A DNA stretch of 34,435 nt from Rhodobacterales bacterium (lineage in GTDB: Bacteria > Pseudomonadota > Alphaproteobacteria > Rhodospirillales > JACKKN01): assembly GCA_020446745.1 (NCBI GenBank), contig JAGREA010000296.1:1-34435 (forward strand), in the 5' to 3' direction. The notes under the pieces were generated by a model. The model worked only from the letters and a program-made list of their open reading frames with translations. It had not been told where the DNA came from and ran no database searches. The position numbers and the translations under genes are program-made. This document shows positions 14,605 to 22,135 of the stretch, in pieces. Numbering within the stretch: position 1 is the stretch's first letter; every line of letters starts with the position of its first letter.

Positions 14605-15681
14605 ATGGACACCTCCGCCCCCAAGCCGAAAGCCCGCTGGACGCGCGTCGTCGCCATCAATCTGGCGCTGCTGCTGGCCGGGCTGCTGGTGGCCGAGGCG
14701 GTGTTCGGCGGCTGGTTCTTCGGCCGCGACTACGGCGCCCTGGTGGTGCCGCGCAACGTCGCGCGCCAGTTCGACGTCCAGGGCCTGTACGGCGGCGGCA
14801 CCAGCCAGTACCGGCGCGACGGGCACGGCCTGCGCGGCACCTACGCCGACCCGGGGGCCATCGACATCCTGGCCATCGGCGGCTCCACCACCAACGAGCT
14901 GTTCATCACCGAGGGCCGGACCTGGACCGACGTGCTGGCCCAAACGCTGACCCAGGCCGGGCGCCCCACCACGGTGGTCAACGCCGGGGTGGACGGCCAG
15001 TCCACGGTGGGCAACATCAAGGATTTCGAGCTGTGGTTCCCCCGCATCCCCGGCCTGAAGCCGCGCTTCGTGCTGGTCTACACGGGGGTCAACGACCTGG
15101 CCCTGGCGCGCTCCGGCCACCTGGCCAAGCAGGACCACATGGTCAACCAGCGCCGCCAGTTGAAACAGGTGCTGATGAACAACAGCGCCCTCTACACCGC
15201 CTTCCGCAACATCCGCGGCATGCTGCGGGCCCGCCGGGCCGACCTGGTGCACGGGGCCGTGTCCTACGCCGGCGCCACCTGGGTGCCGGTGGAGGCCCCG
15301 CCCGTCCCCGACCCGGCCCTGGCGCCGGAACTGGACGCCTACGCCGACCGCCTGGAAACCCTGATCGGCCACATCCGCGCCCTGGGCGCCAAGGCCATCC
15401 TGGTGACCCAGCACAAGGGCGGCTACCGCATCAGGGAGGGGCGCCTGTACGGCCGCCAACAGCCCGACGGCACCGTGGACACGGGCGACTATGCGGACCT
15501 GATGGCCATGAACGCCCGCACCCTGGCCGTGTGCCGGGCCCAGGGCGCCCTCTGCATCGACCTGGCGTCGGACCTGGCCTTCGGCGACGGCGACTTCTAC
15601 GACGGCCTGCACACCACGCCCCAGGGCTCGGCCAGGATCGGCCGCTACCTGGCGGAAAAGCTGCGGCCGGTGGTGGAGTAA
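14605..15681 (+). CDS. SGNH/GDSL hydrolase family protein with an N-terminal membrane anchor
   Basis: 358 aa. Transmembrane helix VVAINLALLLAGLLVAEAVF, block I ILAIGGSTTNE, block III NAGVDGQS, and a late DGLHTT block V-like motif. Confidence 0.75.
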   Translation: MDTSAPKPKARWTRVVAINLALLLAGLLVAEAVFGGWFFGRDYGALVVPRNVARQFDVQGLYGGGTSQYRRDGHGLRGTYADPGAIDILAIGGSTTNELFITEGRTWTDVLAQTLTQAGRPTTVVNAGVDGQSTVGNIKDFELWFPRIPGLKPRFVLVYTGVNDLALARSGHLAKQDHMVNQRRQLKQVLMNNSALYTAFRNIRGMLRARRADLVHGAVSYAGATWVPVEAPPVPDPALAPELDAYADRLETLIGHIRALGAKAILVTQHKGGYRIREGRLYGRQQPDGTVDTGDYADLMAMNARTLAVCRAQGALCIDLASDLAFGDGDFYDGLHTTPQGSARIGRYLAEKLRPVVE

Positions 15682-15760
15682 GGGGCGAAGCGCCTGCCGC
15701 TTTCGGCGGAGGTCGCGGAAAAAAAGTGACGGGAAATGCGGGAACGCCGGGCACCCGTCC

Positions 15761-18016
15761 CTAGCGCACCTGCTCCAGACTCCAGTTCAGGTTGGTGGTG
15801 GGCGGCAGGGCGCGGGCGTGGACCAGCTCCATGCGCACGTCGCCGTCCAACCGGCGCGGGATGCCGAACCGCAACAGGCCCGACCGGGTGCGCCATTCCC
15901 ACAGGCGCACGAAGGTGCCGTTGCGCAGGTTGGCCTTCAGGTTGGCGTCGAACGCGCCGTCCTCCACCACGTTGGTGGGCGGGCCGTAGATCTTCAGCAG
16001 CTGGTCGCGCACGTCGGCGAATTCGCGCATGGTGTTGGCCGGCACCGTGGTGTCGCGGAAGTCGATGACCAGCACGGCCTCGGCCAGGCGCCCGTCGGCG
16101 TGGCGCAGGGCCAGGCGCTGGCGGTTGTCGATGCCGTCCAGCAGCGGCGTCTCGTAGACCATCACCCCGGCCTGGGGCGAGCCGCCGCGGATGCCGGCGC
16201 TGGCCAGGGCCGCCTGCACGTCGGCCAGGGGATCGCCGGGCACCAGGTTGCGCAGGTCGGCGGCGTCGGCGGGGCTGAGCGACACCGGCGTCACCCCGCG
16301 CACCGGCGCCCCGCCCAGGCCGGCATCCAGTTCCGACTGGGCGGGCTTGTTGTAGTTGAAGGTCCAGTACAGGCCGATGCGCACCGAGTTGGTGGATTCC
16401 CCCGGCGCCCGGTCGCGGCTCAGGTAGTCGCTTTCCAGGCGCAGGGTGTGGGGGCCGGTGTTGTAGGCGTAGTTGACGCCCAGGCTGTGTTCCCGCAGGT
16501 CCGACACGCCCAGGGACCGGGCCTCCTGCAGCAGCATGGCGGCGCGGCCGCCCAGGCTGTGTTCGTCGTGGCGCAGGTTGACGGCCACCGACGGGTTCCA
16601 GTCGTGGCTGGTGGTGCCGTTGCCGTGCACCCGGCGCACCAGCATGCCCGGCGTGACGACACCCTTCCAGTCGCCCAGGGCGATGGCCCGATCGGCGCTC
16701 AGGCTGGCCTGGCGGGTCAGCCGGTTGGTCAGGGCGGCGGCCCGGTCCATGTCCTGCTGCACCAGCAACCCGGCGCGGCCGGTCCAGCCTTCGCTCAGGT
16801 TCATGTTCATGTTGGCGTTGAACACCCGGGTGCGGATGACGGTGCTCTTGCTGGTGGTCCGGGTGTTGCGCTCGTAAACATCGACCACGCCGGACAGGGC
16901 CAGGTCCGGGTGGGATTGGGCCAGGAACGGGCCCGACAGGGTGGCGCCCAGGGTTTCGCTTGTGGTGGGGTTGTTGGATTCGATCTGGTCGCCGAACCGG
17001 GTCCAGCGGCCGCGCAGGCGCAGGCCGTTGTCGAACCGCCAGGTGCCGTGGGCCTCCAGCCCGCTGTGGTCCGGCGACACGATGGCCCCGGCCGGGGCGT
17101 AGTCCTTGCCGTAGTGCTCATAGCGCAGGCGGTAGGACAGGGGCAGCGCCGTGCTGCTGCCCTTCAGCTGCAGGAATTCGCCCTTGTCGCGCTGGTCCTG
17201 GTCCAGGCTGGCGAAGCCGGTGCGGTTGTGGTCGCCGCGGAAGTACGACAGCTCCCCTTCCAGGGTCAGGTCCTCGGTCCACAGAGTGAAGTCCTTCTCG
17301 CCGGCCAGGCTGACCACCCCCTGGGTGCGCTCGGGCGTGAACGGCGCCGGCACGCTGTCGCGCCTGTTGAACACGCCATTGACGACCCAGCTGCCGAAGC
17401 GGTTGTCGGCCACCAGCCACGAGGCGCCGGCATAGGTGTCGGAGTCCCAGTCCCCCGACACCCACGAAGCCTTGCCCGACCCGGCGAACAGGTTGATGGA
17501 ATGGAACTGGCGGGCGCCGTTCAGGTCCGGCTGGAATTCAAGCTGCGCGCCCTTCACCGAACGCTGCATGGTGCGCAGGCTGTAGTCGGCGAAGAAGTCG
17601 CCGGCCTCCATGCGGAAGGGAATGTCGCCGTCGCCCTTCTCATAGCGCAGGTTGATGCGCTCGGGGATCAGGGCCCGTTCCCGCGACCGGTAGCTGGATC
17701 CGTTCCACAGGCCCGACAGCTGGAAATTGAAGGTCTCGTAGGGCGAATAGACCCGGCCCATGGACAGGCTGAATTCGTCGTAGGGATGGGCTCCGTCGAA
17801 GCGGTAGGGGCCCAGGGCGGCCTTGTCCTCGAAGGTGTCGTAAAGCTCCACGGCCAGGGTGTTCTCGAAATCCACGGTCCAGCCGGCCAGCTGCTGGCGC
17901 ATCAGCCAGGCGTCCACGGCGTCCAGCTGGGCCATCACCGGGTCCAGGGGTGATTGGGCCCCGGCCGGCCAGGGGGACAGCAGCGACGCGACGACCAGGA
18001 TCCCCAGCCGCCTCAC
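15761..18016 (-). CDS. Putative outer-membrane beta-barrel protein with a ~196-aa C-terminal non-barrel extension
   Basis: 751 aa. Signal peptide ...SPWPAGA|QSP. About 520 aa of alternating amphipathic strands end in IGLYWTFNY, followed by a soluble-looking domain. The GTG start overlaps the upstream stop (GTGA). Confidence 0.65.
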   Translation of the reverse strand: MRRLGILVVASLLSPWPAGAQSPLDPVMAQLDAVDAWLMRQQLAGWTVDFENTLAVELYDTFEDKAALGPYRFDGAHPYDEFSLSMGRVYSPYETFNFQLSGLWNGSSYRSRERALIPERINLRYEKGDGDIPFRMEAGDFFADYSLRTMQRSVKGAQLEFQPDLNGARQFHSINLFAGSGKASWVSGDWDSDTYAGASWLVADNRFGSWVVNGVFNRRDSVPAPFTPERTQGVVSLAGEKDFTLWTEDLTLEGELSYFRGDHNRTGFASLDQDQRDKGEFLQLKGSSTALPLSYRLRYEHYGKDYAPAGAIVSPDHSGLEAHGTWRFDNGLRLRGRWTRFGDQIESNNPTTSETLGATLSGPFLAQSHPDLALSGVVDVYERNTRTTSKSTVIRTRVFNANMNMNLSEGWTGRAGLLVQQDMDRAAALTNRLTRQASLSADRAIALGDWKGVVTPGMLVRRVHGNGTTSHDWNPSVAVNLRHDEHSLGGRAAMLLQEARSLGVSDLREHSLGVNYAYNTGPHTLRLESDYLSRDRAPGESTNSVRIGLYWTFNYNKPAQSELDAGLGGAPVRGVTPVSLSPADAADLRNLVPGDPLADVQAALASAGIRGGSPQAGVMVYETPLLDGIDNRQRLALRHADGRLAEAVLVIDFRDTTVPANTMREFADVRDQLLKIYGPPTNVVEDGAFDANLKANLRNGTFVRLWEWRTRSGLLRFGIPRRLDGDVRMELVHARALPPTTNLNWSLEQVR

Positions 18017-18618
18017 CGCCGGAACTCCTGGCGGATCTCCACCACCACCTCAAGGTCGGAATCGAAGGTGCTGGCCTGGCCGCCCTCGCGGCTGGTCAGG
18101 CGGGTGCGGACCCGGGCCAGGACGTCGCTGACCAGGGTCGCCTCGCGGTCGGTACCGTCGTTGGCCGCCGCCTCGATGCGCTGGGTCAGGGTCTGGATGC
18201 CCTGCACGGCGATCACTTCCAGCCGCGACTGGCGCGAGAACCGGTCCTGGATGGTTTCCTCCAGGCTCTGGGCCTGGTTGAAGGCGGGGCTCAGGGTGGA
18301 GGCGAAGTCGGCCGTGTTCCACTTGGACACGATGTCGCGGATGATGGGTTCGGCCACGGCCCGGGGCACGGGGCGCATCTCGATGCCCGGGAACAGGCGT
18401 CCGGCCTCGGCCGACGACAGCCTGGGCACCCCGGGAATGGCGTTCAGCTTGTCCAGCTTGGGGCTGCTGATGCGGTTGGCGCGGCGGAACTCGGCCCCGT
18501 CGGCACCGCCCCGGGGCACGGCCACCAGGGGCGCCGCCACCAGGGCCAGCAGGCCCACGGCCAGCCCCCCATGGAGAAGGCGCTTCAGGCCGGCGCGGGC
18601 GGGCTGCGAAGGGGCCAT
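18013..18618 (-). CDS. Hypothetical periplasmic protein (signal peptide, no recognised family)
   Basis: 201 aa. Signal/anchor GGLAVGLLALVAAPLVAVP. High-GC3 frame. Tightly packed between the FecR-domain gene (3-nt gap) and the barrel gene (4-nt overlap). Confidence 0.65.
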   Translation of the reverse strand: MAPSQPARAGLKRLLHGGLAVGLLALVAAPLVAVPRGGADGAEFRRANRISSPKLDKLNAIPGVPRLSSAEAGRLFPGIEMRPVPRAVAEPIIRDIVSKWNTADFASTLSPAFNQAQSLEETIQDRFSRQSRLEVIAVQGIQTLTQRIEAAANDGTDREATLVSDVLARVRTRLTSREGGQASTFDSDLEVVVEIRQEFRR

Positions 18619-18621
18619 GGC

Positions 18622-19845
18622 TCAGTTCCCGATCCGCTGGAAGCTTTCGAAGGTGATGACCCCCGGCGCGCGGCTGACGACCAGGCGGAAGGTGCCCGGC
18701 GGCCCGAAGATCACGAACTGGCTGCCCGGCACGGGGTTTTCGTGGTTGAAGGGCTGGATGGTGGTCAGGTCTTCGGTGTTGCATTCGAAGAAGCCGGCGC
18801 CGCCCGGCGTGTTCAGCGGATGCAGGATGAAATCACCCGTCTCGGTGATGGTGAAGTGCAGGTCCGATTCCCCCGGGCAGGACTGGACGATGGGGAAGAT
18901 GCCCGACGGCGTGGGCGGCTGGCTGGACTCGCTGTAGGGATCGAAGCCCTGCAGCAGGCGCGAGCGCACCAGTCGGCCCGAGGCCGGCCCGGCGGGGCGG
19001 AAAGGCCCGCCCAGGATGTCCGGCCCGCCCGGTCCCGGAGTCAGCAGGCCCTGGTCACCGGGGGCGCCGCCGCCGGGTCCGCCCGGGCCCGGGATCAGGT
19101 CGCCGAACAGGTCGTTGACCTCGCCCGGCGGCGCGAAGCGGGTGCGGGGCGCGGTGTCGAAACTGTCGGTGAAGGCCTGCTCGTTGCGCTGGGTCAGGGT
19201 CACGGCGCCGCCCCGGTTGGACACGAATTCCCGGCCCAGGTGGCCGTCGCGGGGGTGCTGCAGGTTGGTGGCGGTGGAAAACTGGCCCGGCGGTCGCACG
19301 TTCAGGGCCACGGCCGTGCCGCGGATGCCCACGCTCATCACCGGGGTGCGGATGGTCATGCCCTGGGCGTTGCGCTTGGCGATGGAACCGGCCAGGAACA
19401 CGAAGGTGCCCTCCACGGCCGTGAACAGGGCCGATCCGCCGCCGCCGCCGCCGTCCAGCACCATCTGGTCCAGCACCAGCGAGGCGTTCTCGCCCACCGT
19501 CACCTCGGTGTCGTCCAGCATGGCCAGCACGGCCTTGGCGTTCAGGCCCGTCTGCACCACGTCGCCGCCGAACAGGGAGTCGCCGGCGGCCAGGGCCGTG
19601 GCGCTGCCGCCGCGCAGGGCCTCCACGGCGCCGGTCACCTGGACCACCGTGCCCACCGGCGACGCCGACTGGGCGGCGGCCGGCCCGGCGGCCAGGGCCA
19701 GCAGGATGAACAGGGTCAGCAGGAACAGAAGGATGGGCGGAAGGATGGGCACAGGGATGGCCCGGCCCGGCCGGTGCGCATGGGCCACGGCGGACTGGTT
19801 GCGGGCATCCCCACGACGCGGCCGAATGACGGGTTGGCCGTTCAC
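18622..19845 (-). CDS. FecR-domain protein (membrane-anchored, periplasmic) with a Gly/Pro linker and an unknown Cys-pair C-terminal domain
   Basis: 407 aa. Transmembrane helix ILPPILLFLLTLFILLALAAG. FecR-like beta-sandwich (VGTVVQVTGAVEALRGG...GDSLFGGDVVQTG..AKAVLAMLDDTEVTVGENASLVL...TPVMSVGIRGTA). GTG start, with uncertain position. Confidence 0.75.
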   Translation of the reverse strand: MNGQPVIRPRRGDARNQSAVAHAHRPGRAIPVPILPPILLFLLTLFILLALAAGPAAAQSASPVGTVVQVTGAVEALRGGSATALAAGDSLFGGDVVQTGLNAKAVLAMLDDTEVTVGENASLVLDQMVLDGGGGGGSALFTAVEGTFVFLAGSIAKRNAQGMTIRTPVMSVGIRGTAVALNVRPPGQFSTATNLQHPRDGHLGREFVSNRGGAVTLTQRNEQAFTDSFDTAPRTRFAPPGEVNDLFGDLIPGPGGPGGGAPGDQGLLTPGPGGPDILGGPFRPAGPASGRLVRSRLLQGFDPYSESSQPPTPSGIFPIVQSCPGESDLHFTITETGDFILHPLNTPGGAGFFECNTEDLTTIQPFNHENPVPGSQFVIFGPPGTFRLVVSRAPGVITFESFQRIGN

Positions 19846-19991
19846 CCCTTTGTACCCCTACCCCGACGCCGTTGTTCGGCTGGTGGTCGTTGTTGTGGTT
19901 GTTGTGGCGCCCCCCGGCGCGATTCGGTCCTTATGGGGTCCGTTGGCCGGAAAGGATAGGGGAATCGCGGATTCCGTTCAAGAAAACCCGT

Positions 19992-20591
19992 TTAAGCACC
20001 GAAATCGTTGAGGATTTCCAGAATCCGCTTGGCCATGTCCTCGGGTGCGATGCCGTGGGCGAACTTCACCAGGAACTGCCCGTCGGGCCCCATCAGGTAG
20101 GTGGAGGCCGTGTGGTCGATGGTGTAGTTGTCGGGCTCGGCCCCCGGTTCGCGGACAATCTGGTACTGCACCCGGTAGCCTTCCGTCAGCCGGTCGATCA
20201 TTTCCTGGCTGCCGGTCAGGCCCAGCAGGCGCGGATGGAAGTAGGCCACGTAGTCGGCCAGGTGGGCCGGCGTGTCGCGCAGCACGTCCACGGAAATGAA
20301 CATGGGCTGCACCACGTCGCCCCGGTCGCCCAGGATGTCCATGGCCTCGGCCATGGTGGACAGGCCCGTGGGGCACACGTCGGGGCAGAAGGTGTAGCCG
20401 AAGTAGATCAGCATGAACCGGCCGCGGAAGTCCTCGTCGCGGACGATGTTGCCGTGGTGGTCGTACAGCACCCAGCGCCCGCCGATGCCGCCCTGGTATT
20501 CGGCCCGCGCCCGGTCCATTCCGCCCGCGGCCAGCAGGACGCCCGCCACCATCGCCATGCCCAGGAAGCGCAGAAGCCGTTTCGCCGTCAT
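19992..20591 (-). CDS. SCO1/SenC family copper chaperone / thiol-disulfide oxidoreductase
   Basis: 199 aa. Membrane anchor, then FMLIYFGYTFCPDVCP (CxxxC) and a later DHT histidine. The start overlaps the upstream stop (ATGA). Confidence 0.88.
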   Translation of the reverse strand: MTAKRLLRFLGMAMVAGVLLAAGGMDRARAEYQGGIGGRWVLYDHHGNIVRDEDFRGRFMLIYFGYTFCPDVCPTGLSTMAEAMDILGDRGDVVQPMFISVDVLRDTPAHLADYVAYFHPRLLGLTGSQEMIDRLTEGYRVQYQIVREPGAEPDNYTIDHTASTYLMGPDGQFLVKFAHGIAPEDMAKRILEILNDFGA

Positions 20592-22096
20592 TCCTCGTTC
20601 TCCTCCATGTCCCTGACCAGCCGGAATCCGGTGTCGTCGCTGTGGCGCGACGGGAAATCCCGCCACTTGTTGGCCGATCGCATCTCCTTGGGCGGGAAGC
20701 TCCAGGCACCGCCGCGGATCACCCGCTTGCCGCAGCCGGCGGCCTTTTCCCGCGACGTTCCGTCCCCGGGCGCGCCGGCCATGGAATCGTGGTAGCAGTC
20801 GGCCATCCAGTGGAAGACGTTGCCGGCCATGTCGTACAGGCCGAAGGGGTTGGGGCGATAGCGGCCCACGGGGGCCGTCTTCTCGCCGTCCCACAGGCCG
20901 CCGCAGCCGGCGCAGTTGGCCCGCTCGCCCGTGGGGTCCTCGCCCCACCAGAAGGTGGTCGCGGTACCGGCCCGCACGGCGTATTCCCATTCCGCCTCGG
21001 TGGGCAGGCGATAGCGCCGGCCGGTGCGCTCGCTGATCCACCGGGCATAGGCCTGGGCTTCCTCCCACGACACGTTGATGACCGGGCGGGCACCCCGGCC
21101 CCAGCCGCTGTCGTCGGGCGGCGCCACGCCGGTGGCGGCGCAGTAGCGGTCGTAGTCCTCGAAGGTCACCGGGTGCAGGGCCATGGCGAAGGGCCGGGCC
21201 AGGGTGACGTCCAGGGCCGGATGTTCGTCGAAGTCCCCCACCCCCTCGTCCGAGCCCTGGCGGAAGGTGCCGCCGCGCAGCACCACCATGCGCGGCCCCG
21301 GGGTGCCGTCGCGCAGCGTGTCGCGCAGCTCGCGCATCGGGCGCAGGTCGCCGGCCAGGGCCGGGCCCGTGCCGGGCGCCGCGCCCAGCTGCACCGTGCG
21401 CAGGTCATGGGGCGCCACGGTCAGGGTGTCGGCGTGGGCCACGGCGATGTCCAGCCCGCCGCCCATCAGCTCGCCGCGCCCATAGCGGCCCGGGGTGTTG
21501 TAGCTCAGGCGCAGGCGCACCGGGCCGTCGTCGCCCTCGCTGTCCAGGTCGATGGCGCGCAGGCCGCGGCGCGGCACCAGGGCCAGGCCGTCGCCGGTGC
21601 GGGCCATCAGGTCGGACGTCAGCAGCCGGCCCCGGAACCGGTCGTCGTTGCGCATCTCGAACAGGTCCGGCGCCGGCGCGGCGGCGGCCGGCAGGCGCAG
21701 GGGGGCGAAGGCGATGTCGGTGATGTCGTCCAGGGCCACGGGCAGGGTGGGGTCCAGGACGCGCAGCACCGTCACCCGCCGTTCCGCCAGGCGGCCGCTG
21801 AAGCGGCTGCCGTCGTGGGTCCACAGGCGGTCGGGCGCGTCGCGGCCGCGGCCCACCTGCAGGCGCGCCACCCGGCCATAGGGCAGCGCCACCGTGCCCC
21901 AGGGGGTTTCCATGGTGAACTGCTCCTGGGCCACCACGCCCTGGTAGATCTCGCCATTGCGCAGCGTGACCACGTCGCCCGCGCCGCGCCCTTGGGCCAT
22001 GGCCGCATCATCGGCCAGGGCTCCGGCCAGCAGGGCCGGGATCACGCCCCGCAAGATCACGGCTGTGCGGCGCCGTGCCGTTGTGCTACCGATCAT
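20588..22096 (-). CDS. Exported FGE-sulfatase (SUMF1/EgtB/PvdO/NirV-type) domain protein with N-terminal repeat modules
   Basis: 502 aa. C-terminal RYRLPTEAEWEYAVRAG, NPFGLYDMAGNVFHWMAD, RVIRGGAW and TGFRLVRD. The N-terminus has an RRR-containing signal peptide and four ~42-aa repeats. Confidence 0.8.
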   Translation of the reverse strand: MIGSTTARRRTAVILRGVIPALLAGALADDAAMAQGRGAGDVVTLRNGEIYQGVVAQEQFTMETPWGTVALPYGRVARLQVGRGRDAPDRLWTHDGSRFSGRLAERRVTVLRVLDPTLPVALDDITDIAFAPLRLPAAAAPAPDLFEMRNDDRFRGRLLTSDLMARTGDGLALVPRRGLRAIDLDSEGDDGPVRLRLSYNTPGRYGRGELMGGGLDIAVAHADTLTVAPHDLRTVQLGAAPGTGPALAGDLRPMRELRDTLRDGTPGPRMVVLRGGTFRQGSDEGVGDFDEHPALDVTLARPFAMALHPVTFEDYDRYCAATGVAPPDDSGWGRGARPVINVSWEEAQAYARWISERTGRRYRLPTEAEWEYAVRAGTATTFWWGEDPTGERANCAGCGGLWDGEKTAPVGRYRPNPFGLYDMAGNVFHWMADCYHDSMAGAPGDGTSREKAAGCGKRVIRGGAWSFPPKEMRSANKWRDFPSRHSDDTGFRLVRDMEENEE

Positions 22097-22135
22097 GACA
22101 CCACCCCCCTTGTGAACGTCTTGCGGGCCGCGCCC

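Noticed and set aside
15682-15760. Terminator between convergent SGNH hydrolase and beta-barrel genes (small hairpin plus A7 run)
   Set aside because: The stem is only 3-5 bp. The homopolymer run is on the wrong side of the stem for both transcription directions.
19436-19453. (CCG)6 trinucleotide repeat inside the FecR-domain gene (encodes Gly6)
   Set aside because: It is in frame, so slippage only changes the length of a glycine linker. It is short and typical for high-GC coding sequence, so it is not convincing as a phase-variation switch.
17950-19959. 669-aa + strand ORF antisense to the FecR-domain and periplasmic protein genes
   Set aside because: It has shadow-ORF composition (G/A/R/H/Q runs). 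The opposite-strand frames have signal peptides and domain-like sequence.
19961-19975. GGAATC-gcg-GATTCC palindrome just after the SCO1 stop
   Set aside because: It is a 6-bp stem with a weak T-tract. It may be a minor terminator or pause site, but it is too short to call.
20588-20800. Diversity-generating retroelement target (FGE/C-type-lectin folds are common DGR variable proteins)
   Set aside because: There is no reverse transcriptase gene in the window, and by eye I could not find a template repeat matching the 3' end of the gene. A formal self-alignment of 20588-20800 against the window and genome would settle it.
20642-22135. 5' 498 codons of track ORF 20642..22630 (+)
   Set aside because: This part is antisense to the FGE-like gene and low-complexity. 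Only the part from the ATG at 22136 onward looks like a real (SRPBCC) protein.
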